The position numbers and the translations under genes were made by a program. The notes under the pieces were generated by a model, which ran no database searches, had not been told where the DNA came from, and saw only the letters and a program-made list of their open reading frames with translations. Positions 47,305 through 55,900 of a stretch of DNA of 64,000 bases are shown piece after piece (within the stretch, counting starts at the first letter, position 1; every line of letters starts with the position of its first letter). Origin of the DNA: Kiritimatiellia bacterium (GTDB taxonomy: Bacteria; Verrucomicrobiota; Kiritimatiellia; RFP12; UBA1067); the NCBI GenBank assembly GCA_045636065.1, contig JAZTWW010000036.1, forward strand, positions 5,404 through 69,403. Direction: 5' to 3'.

Positions 47305-47916
47305 CTACACCGCCTTGGGCTCTACCACGCGGTCGATGAGCCCCCACGCCCTGGCCTCTTCCGCGCTCATGAAGTGGTCGCGGTCTGTGTCCTTCACGAC
47401 TTCGTCGAAGGTCTTGCCGCTATGCTTCGCGAGGATCTCGTTGAGCCTGTCCTTGAGGCGCAGGATTTCGCGGGCGGTTATCTCTATGTCGCTCGCCTTG
47501 CCCTCGGCGCCGCCCCAGGGCTGGTGGATCATTATGCGCGCATTGGGGAGCGCAAAGCGGCGGCCCTTTGCGCCGGCCGTGAGAAGGACGGCGCCCATCG
47601 AGGCGGCCTGCCCTATGCAGTACGTGGCGACGGGGCAGGTGATGAACTGCATCGTATCGTATATGGCAAGACCCGCCGTGACGCTGCCGCCCGGCGAGTT
47701 GACGTATACGCTTATCTCCTTCTTGGCGTCCTGCGCCTGGAGAAAGAGGAGCTGCGCGACGACGGCGTTCGCCATCTCGTCGTGCACCTCGCCGCTGATG
47801 AACACGATGCGGTCGAGCAGGAGCCTCGAATAGATGTCGTAGGAGCGCTCGCCGCGCGAGGTCTGCTCCACGACAACCGGAACAAGATAGTCCTTGATCA
47901 TTTCAGGTCCGTTCAT
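47305..47916 (-). CDS. clpP: ATP-dependent Clp protease proteolytic subunit
   Basis: ClpP catalytic region ([11 protein letters not shown] Ser, ...HQP... His). Start set at [10 protein letters not shown] (ATG at 47916). The track ORF extends 88 codons further via non-ATG codons. Confidence 0.93.
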   Translation of the reverse strand: MNGPEMIKDYLVPVVVEQTSRGERSYDIYSRLLLDRIVFISGEVHDEMANAVVAQLLFLQAQDAKKEISVYVNSPGGSVTAGLAIYDTMQFITCPVATYCIGQAASMGAVLLTAGAKGRRFALPNARIMIHQPWGGAEGKASDIEITAREILRLKDRLNEILAKHSGKTFDEVVKDTDRDHFMSAEEARAWGLIDRVVEPKAV

Positions 47917-47927
47917 GGCTTGTGGAA

Positions 47928-49223
47928 TCACTTGACGGACGAGACCACGAACTCGATGGCCTTGGTGCGCTTTATCTGGGTCGCAAGCATATGCTCTTCG
48001 CCGTTCGCGCGGACGTTCTTGAGAGCCACCTCGGGGGTTACGGGGTTCTTGGCGGCCTTGGCGATCTCGCCGGCCTCCTTGAGAAGCTCCTCCTCGGAAA
48101 CCGTGATGGACTCGGCCTCGGCGATGGCGTCGAGGATGTAGCCCATGCGCACCTGGCTCTTGGCGCTCTCCCTGCAATCCTCGAGGATCTTGTCGCGGTT
48201 CTCCTCCAGATAGGAGGTGGAAAGGCCCATTCCGCCGACGCGCTCGGCGAGGCGCTGGAGGTTGAGCTGGGTCTGGTTGTACACGCGGCTCGGGGGAAGC
48301 TCGAAGTCGCTGCCGGCGAGGAGCGCTTCCGCTACCTGGCGGCGGAGGTCATCGTCCGCAATGCGCTTCGCGTCCGCCTCAAGGCGCTCGCGGAAGCTGG
48401 CCTTGAGCGCATCGAGCGACTCGGCCTTGGCGGCCTCGAGGAACGCCGCGTCATCGGGTATGCGACGGACGCGGAAGCTCTTGACGGTGACGTCGTAGCT
48501 TCCCGTCTTGCCTATAAGCTCAGCGGGGGCGGGAGCGGCGAACGTGACGGCGATGCCGGTTTTAGACTCGCCGGCCTTCATGCCCTTGACGGCCTCAAGG
48601 ACTTCGGGGATGAAGCGGCCTGTCTCGACCTGCGTCCAGAAATCGGTGCCCGAACCGACGGCCTTCGCGTCTGCGGAGATCTCCTCGACCGGCTTGCCGT
48701 CGACCGTGCCCTTGAAATCGATGCAGAGGAAGTCGCCCTCGGAGACGGTGTCGCCCTCCTTGGCGTCCTCGAACTTGGCGAAGGCCTTGCGGTACGCCTC
48801 AACGCGCTCCTCGACCTCGGAGTCGGCGACCGTCGTGGGCTTGCGCTCGACCGCGATGCCCTTGTACTTGGGAAGCTTCACCTCGGGGGCGACCTCGACG
48901 ACGGCGGTGAACTCGACGCCCGTCTCAGGCGAGAACTTGACGTCCTTCGCGCCGATGTCGGCGATGGGCTTAAGTCCCGACTCCTTGACGGCCTTGGGGC
49001 AAAGCTCCCTCAGGCAGGCGTTGGCGGCCTCTTCCTGGATGCGGTCGGCGAACTGCTCCTTGACCAGCTGTACGGGAGCCTTCCCCTTGCGGAAACCGCG
49101 GATTTCGCCGTTTCTCACGAAAAGATTCACCACCTTGTTGTAATAAGGCTTTACTTCCTCGGCGTCCGCGACGACCTTGAGGTTTATGACGCATGCACTC
49201 TCGGCATTCTTATCGATCTTCAT
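47928..49223 (-). CDS. tig: trigger factor
   Basis: Full-length Tig (N-terminal ribosome-binding region, FKBP-like PPIase region [18 protein letters not shown]). tig-clpP-clpX gene order. Confidence 0.9.
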   Translation of the reverse strand: MKIDKNAESACVINLKVVADAEEVKPYYNKVVNLFVRNGEIRGFRKGKAPVQLVKEQFADRIQEEAANACLRELCPKAVKESGLKPIADIGAKDVKFSPETGVEFTAVVEVAPEVKLPKYKGIAVERKPTTVADSEVEERVEAYRKAFAKFEDAKEGDTVSEGDFLCIDFKGTVDGKPVEEISADAKAVGSGTDFWTQVETGRFIPEVLEAVKGMKAGESKTGIAVTFAAPAPAELIGKTGSYDVTVKSFRVRRIPDDAAFLEAAKAESLDALKASFRERLEADAKRIADDDLRRQVAEALLAGSDFELPPSRVYNQTQLNLQRLAERVGGMGLSTSYLEENRDKILEDCRESAKSQVRMGYILDAIAEAESITVSEEELLKEAGEIAKAAKNPVTPEVALKNVRANGEEHMLATQIKRTKAIEFVVSSVK

Positions 49224-49249
49224 TTGACTCGCCTTTCTTGGAAAAAATC

Positions 49250-49295
49250 AACGGCATAGTATACCATATTCTCTCAAATTCCGCAACGCCGCCGG
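49250..49295 (-). promoter_or_regulatory. putative tig promoter (-35 TTGCGG, 17-nt spacer, extended -10 TGGTATACT)
   Basis: Minus strand TTGCGGaatttgagagaataTGGTATACTatgccg. The -10 is at plus 49258-49263, about 35 nt upstream of the tig ATG. Confidence 0.5.
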
Positions 49296-49299
49296 AAAA

Positions 49300-49440
49300 C
49301 AAGCCGCTTTGGAAAGGGATAGAAGGGATCTACGCGATAAAAGCGATAAATCCAATGAATGGACTTGGAATGGGCAAAAGGGATACAAGCGATAAATCGG
49401 TCGCATAAAGGCAGCGGTTTGGTGTGAAGCACAAGCGGAG
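49300..49440 (-). repeat. intergenic repeat element, copy B (module X + module Y + tail) in the tig / W-repeat-gene divergent region
   Basis: Minus-strand reading: cctccgcttgtgcttcacaccaaaccgctgcctttatgcgac (module X, shared with 63554-63596), then gcccattccaagtccattcattggatttatcgcttttatcgcg (module Y, shared with 71-162), then atcccttctatccctttcc. Confidence 0.7.
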
Positions 49441-49517
49441 GTGCGCAATTCGCCATGCTTCGCGATTGACTCCAACCGTGGGATTTGGTAAAATTCGCGG
49501 CGAAAGGAACAAGGGGC

Positions 49518-51728
49518 ATGAAGAGTCAGGTGGAATCTTCGGCGGCCGGCACGGCCGCTGCATGGGTGCGCAAGGCCGTGGCGGTTGCGGCGATAGCGCT
49601 TTTTGCGGCCGGGGCGAAGGCGGACGACAGGGTGAACCTGTGGCCGCTTTACTACCGCGACGCCGACGGTTTCTCCGCAATCTGGCCGATAGTTTCCGTC
49701 TCCGGCAACCATTATGCCGTAAGGCCGCTCTATTCATGCTACTACGGAACTGAGCATAACGTCCTCTGGCCGATCGCACAGTTCGATACCGCCACCGGTG
49801 ACAACCGCATCTTCCCGGTATACTGGGGCAAGCGGTATTTCTTTGTATTCCCCGTCTTTGGCTGGAGCAAGGGGCTTGTGTCCGCCGGCGTCCTGTACTG
49901 GCACTACTGGGACAGGCACAAGACGGTAGACACGCTCTTCCCCCTCTGGTGGTGGGAAAGCAGAAACGATGGAAAGGACAGGACGTTCTGGTTCGCGGCG
50001 GGGCTTGGCGGCGGCAAGTGGAGCCGGGATTCGGGCATTTGGGAGCACTGGCTGCATCCGTTCTACTACTACGACCCCGATACGTTCATGTCGCTCCTGT
50101 ACTTCGACGACAGGTCCAGCTCGCTGCGTGTAAGGGCCATCCCGCTTCTGATGTCGGCATATTTGAACGGCCACGGGAAGGACGGCTTTTTCTCGCCATA
50201 CTTCACAAGATGGACATCGAGGGATGACGGTTCGACGCACACAAGGCTTCTCATGGGTCTTGCGGGATGGAACAGCCCCAAAGAGGGGGAGATGACGTTC
50301 TGGAGCGTGCCTTTCTTCTATACGAGCCCCGATTCCTTCGTCTCGCCGCTTTGGATATCTGAAAACGGCGGCGACGAGAGGTATAAGCTGGCCCCGCTTC
50401 TCCTCTCGGGATGGTACGGCAATCCATCGACAGGCGAATCGCATTGGCGCTTCCTCCTTGGGATGGCTGGAACCGACAGGGATGCTAAGGGGAATTTCGA
50501 ATCGTGGTGCTTCCCCGCGTACTACAAGGGCCGCGACATGTTCATAACGCCGCTCTACGGCGAATCGGGGGACTCGCGCTGGCTCTTCCCGGTATGGTAC
50601 GACGACAGCGATACGTTCGCCTCGGCAGCATGGTGCCACAAGCGAGGCGAGGACGGCTCCATCGACTGGTGGATGTGTCCGCCTCTTCTGTCCCGCTATT
50701 CGTACGACCGCGAAAGATCCGTCTCAAGGTTTACGGCGCTTCTCGGCCTCGCCGGCTGCGAAAGCGGCAAAGACGGGCTTGAAAGCCACTGGTTCATGCC
50801 GTTCTACTACCATGACGCCAACATGACAATGTACACTCCTCTCGCCGGCAGGCGCGGCGACTCGAGATGGATCGCGCCTCTTTACTACACCGACGAGACG
50901 TATTTCCTTTCGGCTCTATGGTGCAGCGAATCACGCCTTGGCGGCAAGTCGTTTGAATGGTGCGTGCCGCCTCTTTTGACGTGGTACTCGCGCAACGGCG
51001 ACTTCACGGAATGGGGCACGTACCTCATATACAGGGCGAACTCCAAGGGCGAATTCAAGTCGATACCCTACACCCATCGCCTGAGCGGCGGGTACGAAGA
51101 GTCTCTTTCCATGCTCGACTCCGCCACGCTCGACGACTCTATAAAGATCTGGGAGGAGCCGGTAACTAACAGGGATGGGGTAGTGTCGATGCGCCGCACG
51201 GCGGATAGGGTCAACCAGTACGACAAGCGCACTTTCATGCTCCTTTCCGACATGGACAGGGAAGTTCTCGGGTATCTTACCGGCGGGCATGACGATAATG
51301 GTTGCACCAACTATCTCCTGAAGGCGGCTTCAAAGGCAGGAAACTACCTTGTCGTGAACAGGGGAACGGAAAGGAAGGTCACCTACTCGTCCATAACGAG
51401 GGAGAAGACCGGCGATGTCGAAAAGGACGATTTGACTGTTCTCCTTTCGCTTCTCTACTGGTCCGAGTGCAGATACGACAGGATGACCGGCTCGACAAGT
51501 TCCGAAAGAAGCCTCCTCTGGCGCGTATGGCGCAGGAAAGAGAAGGACGGGGATGTCTCGGTGGACGCCATCCCCGGCTTCACGTACGATTCGAGGAAGG
51601 ACGGCTACAGGAAGACGTCGCTGCTCTGGCGGCTCTTCCGCTACGAGAACGATCCCGAAAAAGGGACGGCCGTGGACCTGCTGTTCATTCCCGTATGGCG
51701 CGCCTCCCGCCCCTCAACCGGCGACTGA
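49518..51728 (+). CDS. secreted W/Y/P-rich tandem-repeat protein (about 45-50-aa units, beta-propeller-like?)
   Basis: Signal peptide (MKSQV...AVAVAAIALFAAGAKA). Repeats such as FWSVPFFYTSPDSFVSPLWISE..., WCFPAYYKGRDMFITPLYGESGDSRWLFPVWYDDSDTF..., HWFMPFYYHDANMTMYTPLAGRRGDSRWIAPLYYTDETYF.... The only sizeable + strand gene in the window. Start set at the ATG 49518 with an upstream purine-rich RBS. Confidence 0.55.
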   Translation: MKSQVESSAAGTAAAWVRKAVAVAAIALFAAGAKADDRVNLWPLYYRDADGFSAIWPIVSVSGNHYAVRPLYSCYYGTEHNVLWPIAQFDTATGDNRIFPVYWGKRYFFVFPVFGWSKGLVSAGVLYWHYWDRHKTVDTLFPLWWWESRNDGKDRTFWFAAGLGGGKWSRDSGIWEHWLHPFYYYDPDTFMSLLYFDDRSSSLRVRAIPLLMSAYLNGHGKDGFFSPYFTRWTSRDDGSTHTRLLMGLAGWNSPKEGEMTFWSVPFFYTSPDSFVSPLWISENGGDERYKLAPLLLSGWYGNPSTGESHWRFLLGMAGTDRDAKGNFESWCFPAYYKGRDMFITPLYGESGDSRWLFPVWYDDSDTFASAAWCHKRGEDGSIDWWMCPPLLSRYSYDRERSVSRFTALLGLAGCESGKDGLESHWFMPFYYHDANMTMYTPLAGRRGDSRWIAPLYYTDETYFLSALWCSESRLGGKSFEWCVPPLLTWYSRNGDFTEWGTYLIYRANSKGEFKSIPYTHRLSGGYEESLSMLDSATLDDSIKIWEEPVTNRDGVVSMRRTADRVNQYDKRTFMLLSDMDREVLGYLTGGHDDNGCTNYLLKAASKAGNYLVVNRGTERKVTYSSITREKTGDVEKDDLTVLLSLLYWSECRYDRMTGSTSSERSLLWRVWRRKEKDGDVSVDAIPGFTYDSRKDGYRKTSLLWRLFRYENDPEKGTAVDLLFIPVWRASRPSTGD

Positions 51729-51788
51729 CGCCGGAAATTCGCCTAAGGGATGCGGGTTGGCGCGCCAGATGGGATTATCGAAACCAGA

Positions 51789-52928
51789 TCAGAATTCGTA
51801 GCCGAGGGCGAGGCGAAGGACGAGATCGGGCTTTTCGATTGAGCCGTTTACGGATTCGGAATGGATGTCCATGTCCTTCTGGCAGAAGCGGGCAAGGACA
51901 TCGAGCGAAATGTCGAAGCTGCAGATCCTGACGGTCGAGCCAAGACCGGCTATGCCGTAGCAGCGCCACTCGTCGAAAGTCTTGTGCGAGACATACCTTC
52001 CGCCCTCGCCGAACGAGGCGGAGACGGAATAGTCGAACTCGCTTCTCGTGACACCGAGGCCCAAGGTTCCGGTAAGGCGCCAGAAGTCCGTAACCTCCCA
52101 CCACGGCTTGAGCATGAAGGCAAATTCCCACTCTTCGTAGTCGCCTGTGGCGTTTATGGAATAATGGCCTGTATACGAACTGTAGTCGATCGTACCGGCG
52201 CCAAAGTCGCTGTAGTCGAGAACAGGACCGAATCCGCCGGAGCCGCCGGCACCGTAATACCCGCCGGACTCCTGAAGATAGGGAGAGGTGAGAACAGCAT
52301 AGTTGCTTGAGCCCGCGCTCGGCGTATAGACGTAGCTGGAACCGTCCATGTACGTTCCTGACGCCTTCGCCTTGAAGCAGCCGTTCCTCTTCATCCACGA
52401 CACCCCGAAGGCGAAATCAACACCGAATCCGCTTTCGTGCGCATACAAGGTGCGCGCGAGCTCAAGCGATGCGCCGTAGACGCTGGCGCTGTCGGAGGCG
52501 CTTCCGGAGATGCCGCCAAGCTGCGCGGAGTTGAGCGTCATCGCGCCGGTCGTGCGGTCAAGCCCGCTGACGGGAATGCGCCAGTTCTGCGTATACGGTG
52601 CCGACATGTTTCCGCTTGAAGGGTCGATGAACGCCCCGCCGAGGAACGAAACCCTCTCGCCGTTCGCCAGACGCTCCGAGATGTCGGATGGCGAACCGAT
52701 CGCCTGCGACGTGGCCGTCGAGTACGACGATCTCGGCGCGGAAAAGCCCATCTTTGTCTTGAGCCCGAAGCCCATGTTACCGCCGGCCGAAACGCGCCAT
52801 GGTCCGAAGCCGCGCCTCTCGCGCGAGACAAGCCCCTCGGAAGGCGTACCGGCCTCGCCGACCTCCACGTCCGCGAAGGCAAATGCCGCCGAGATTGCGG
52901 CAATGGCCGCAAATGCGAATCTGTTCAT
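51789..52928 (-). CDS. outer-membrane beta-barrel protein (C-terminal Phe)
   Basis: Signal peptide MNRFAFAAIAAISAAFAFA. Alternating amphipathic beta-strands with Gly/Ser/Tyr-rich loops. Ends ...LRLALGYEF, a typical OMP C-terminal signature. Start overlaps the stop of the upstream giant gene. Confidence 0.65.
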   Translation of the reverse strand: MNRFAFAAIAAISAAFAFADVEVGEAGTPSEGLVSRERRGFGPWRVSAGGNMGFGLKTKMGFSAPRSSYSTATSQAIGSPSDISERLANGERVSFLGGAFIDPSSGNMSAPYTQNWRIPVSGLDRTTGAMTLNSAQLGGISGSASDSASVYGASLELARTLYAHESGFGVDFAFGVSWMKRNGCFKAKASGTYMDGSSYVYTPSAGSSNYAVLTSPYLQESGGYYGAGGSGGFGPVLDYSDFGAGTIDYSSYTGHYSINATGDYEEWEFAFMLKPWWEVTDFWRLTGTLGLGVTRSEFDYSVSASFGEGGRYVSHKTFDEWRCYGIAGLGSTVRICSFDISLDVLARFCQKDMDIHSESVNGSIEKPDLVLRLALGYEF

Positions 52929-52942
52929 CTTATACCCCCTTC

Positions 52943-55900
52943 TCACTTGACGCTGTCGGCGATCGAAAGCTTCACCTTGAAGAACGAATAGCCCTCAGGG
53001 ACTTCAGCCGAGAAGCTGCCGTCTTCATCGCACTCCACAGTCGAGATTTCGGCAAACTCCTCTCCAAGCGACTTTGCACCCCAAAGTACGATGGAGGACC
53101 CCGCGCCGAGCGAACCGCGCTCGGAGCCGGCGCCAATCTCGACCGTACCGCTTATGGTGCCGTCCTCAACCAAGAAGTCCGCGAGCTTCAGATACGGCTC
53201 GCTGCTCTCCGTGACGGCTGCGCCGACGGCAAGCGATGCGTTCAGGTTCGCGACTGCAAGCGGCTTCGACGCGGACTTGAGCGAGACTGCGGAGAGGGAA
53301 TTTAGAAGCGGCGTGTTGGCGACGACCTCCACGAAGCTTGTGCATTCGCACGATTCATACCGCACGTACGCGACAAGGTTGTCAAGCTCGGGAACGTCCT
53401 TCGGGTTTCTCGGCCAGTACGACGGCGCATAGAGGAGTATCTCCGAAAGCGCTGCGTTGACCCAGACGGAATCGAACCAGGCCGCTCCCCATACGCCGGA
53501 ATCGGGGCCTTCCAGGCCGTTCTCGGCGAAACGGTCCTTGAGCGGCACCTTGAAGAATTCGACGCCGTCAATGGTCTCCACTGTGGAAACGGCCTTGTTG
53601 GCCTTGGCGTCCCAGAGCTGGATGCCGTCGCGCTTCTCGAGGAGGAAGCACATGTTGGTGACGGTGCCCGCCCAGCCGTCGCCGTCCTTTACCTCAAGGG
53701 CGATCTCCGGAACGTACATGCCGGAGAGCCAGTCAACGTTCCATTCCAGGGAGTCTAGCGTCACCACGGCGCCATCCCAGACGAGAGCGTACGTCGAAAG
53801 CTTCGCGCACCTTATGACGAGTTCGCCGGTCTCTTCGTTCACATTGAAGCATTCACCAAGTTCGTTCGCATTTGCGACGCCCTCGGGAAGGACCGCCACC
53901 GACCCGGTGGCAGGATCGCCCTCGACCTCCTCGTGGTAGCGGGCAACCCTGAAGTTGCGGCGGCCGCCAAGGGTGAAAGGCATAACCGACTCTACGAGCC
54001 CGTTGAAGAGCGAAAGGTCGTGGATGTTCGTGCTGAAGACGCCGTCCACGTACTTCGCGAGCGTGAAGTCCAGCGGCTTGACGTGACCCGCAGTAACCGC
54101 ATCCCTGATGCGCGAATACCCGCGTGTCGTGTCGGCGGCCGGCATGTCCTTCACCGTGAAGCGGATCTCGATCGATTTCCCGCGCTCGCCAGGGTTCACG
54201 GCCTTTCTGGCGATATCGTCAATGCCGCCTGCAACGGCGGGATAGTCGCCCGCGGCGGAGTTGTCCACGACGGAAGATCTGTCCCCGCCCGGATCCTCGA
54301 TCGTCTTCTCGCCCTTGCGCTCCGTATCGGGATCGTTATCGGCGAAAACGAGCGTCGTTATCGTCGTCACGTCGCCCTTGCCGCCGACGGCCTGGACGAC
54401 GACATCGTACGCGCCGGCGGACGGCAGTTCGCATACGTAGCGCCACGGACTCGACGACCCGAACACGCGCCCTTGGATGGCATCTTCGATCGTGGAGCCG
54501 ACGCCCCATGCGACGATGGAGGATATGCTCTCGAACTCCTCGCCCTCTATATCGCCGGAGACGACCACGTTTGTCGTCCAGACCGCGAAGAGGTCGTTCG
54601 TCACACCAAGCTCGAACTCGTCCGACACGAACTGCCTGTCGGCGAAGTCAAGATCGGCAAGGCCCTCCGCTTCCTCGTTGAAGCTCCAGCCGAGGTGGTT
54701 GAAGTTCTTCTTCTTGAAGGCGCAATCGCTCAGGCGCTGAGCGGGGGTGACAAAGCGCATCTCGACGTCCATCTCGCCGGAATCGGAGCCGTTGCCAAGG
54801 TACCTTATCCAGTAGAAGTCCACGTCAATCTCGAGGATGACCGTGATCGTGGCCGGCTTAAGGCCAATCATGTCATCCTCCCAGCACTTCCCTTCAAGAG
54901 TGATCGTGCGGACAATCTCCCTGGAGCCGGAGCTGCACGCCGCTTCAATGTCCGCCCTTGTGAACGGAACCATCCAAGAGACGCCCGTCATGTACGTCTG
55001 GCACTTGAGCTTCCTCAAGCGGAAGAACTCGCCGGCATCGGCCATAAGCCCCCACTCCTCGGCTTCGCCAGCCAGTATCTCAACTGCCGTGAAGGTCTTG
55101 TCGGTCGTCGATATCGTGACTGCCGCGTGCGCGGGGTCGGTGAATCTCGGCGTATGGATGATCTGTTCGACCATATGCGGCCATGGCACGCATAGCGGGA
55201 AGAAGAGATCCCCATCCTTTTCGATGAGCGCACACGAATCCATGCGAAGCCTGATTGTGGCCTCGGGGAACGGGAAACAGCTTTCAGGGGCCTTTTCTTC
55301 AATGACGAGCGGGATGGATGCCGTATACGTGCCGCCAAGGAGGATGCCGTCCTTCTGCACGGTCACGCTTGCCGTGTATTCGCCCGGATCGATCGGCGCC
55401 TCCGCGCTCTCCGTCCCGTCGGACGCCGTGTATACGATGTCGGAGACCGTTGCGCCCGTATTTATCACGAAAGTATTGAGGTTCGACACCGCAACTTCAA
55501 GCGGGGTCGCATCGAAGACCTTGCGGCCGCCCTCGACGGACGGGACGAGCTCTATGCCCATGGGAGAAGCGTTGCATTTGATTGAACGCAGCACGTTGCC
55601 GGGGCAGGTTGCAGTCACCTTCGCGCCATCCTCCTCGAAGCTCCATATGTGCAGGGAATGGCCTTCCGTCTCGATGGGAAGCTCCTTCTCGTTGATCCTG
55701 TACGTACCCTTGACAACGAGGTTGCAGCCCTCGGCAGTAGTCACTGTGACCGAAGCGGTATAGAGGCCGGCCTCGACGGGGACGCCGTCAAAAGGCTCGC
55801 CGTCCTTCGTGTAGGTGATCTCTCCAAGCTCAGCGCCCGTAATGGTCTCGAACGCGCCGGCGCTCACGAAGAGGTTGAAGATGTCCGTTATGATCTCGGA

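Noticed and set aside
51729-51788. Bidirectional terminator between the convergent W-repeat gene and OMP gene (palindrome TGGCGCGCCA)
   Set aside because: A 10-nt perfect palindrome without loop or U-tract. Too weak to call.
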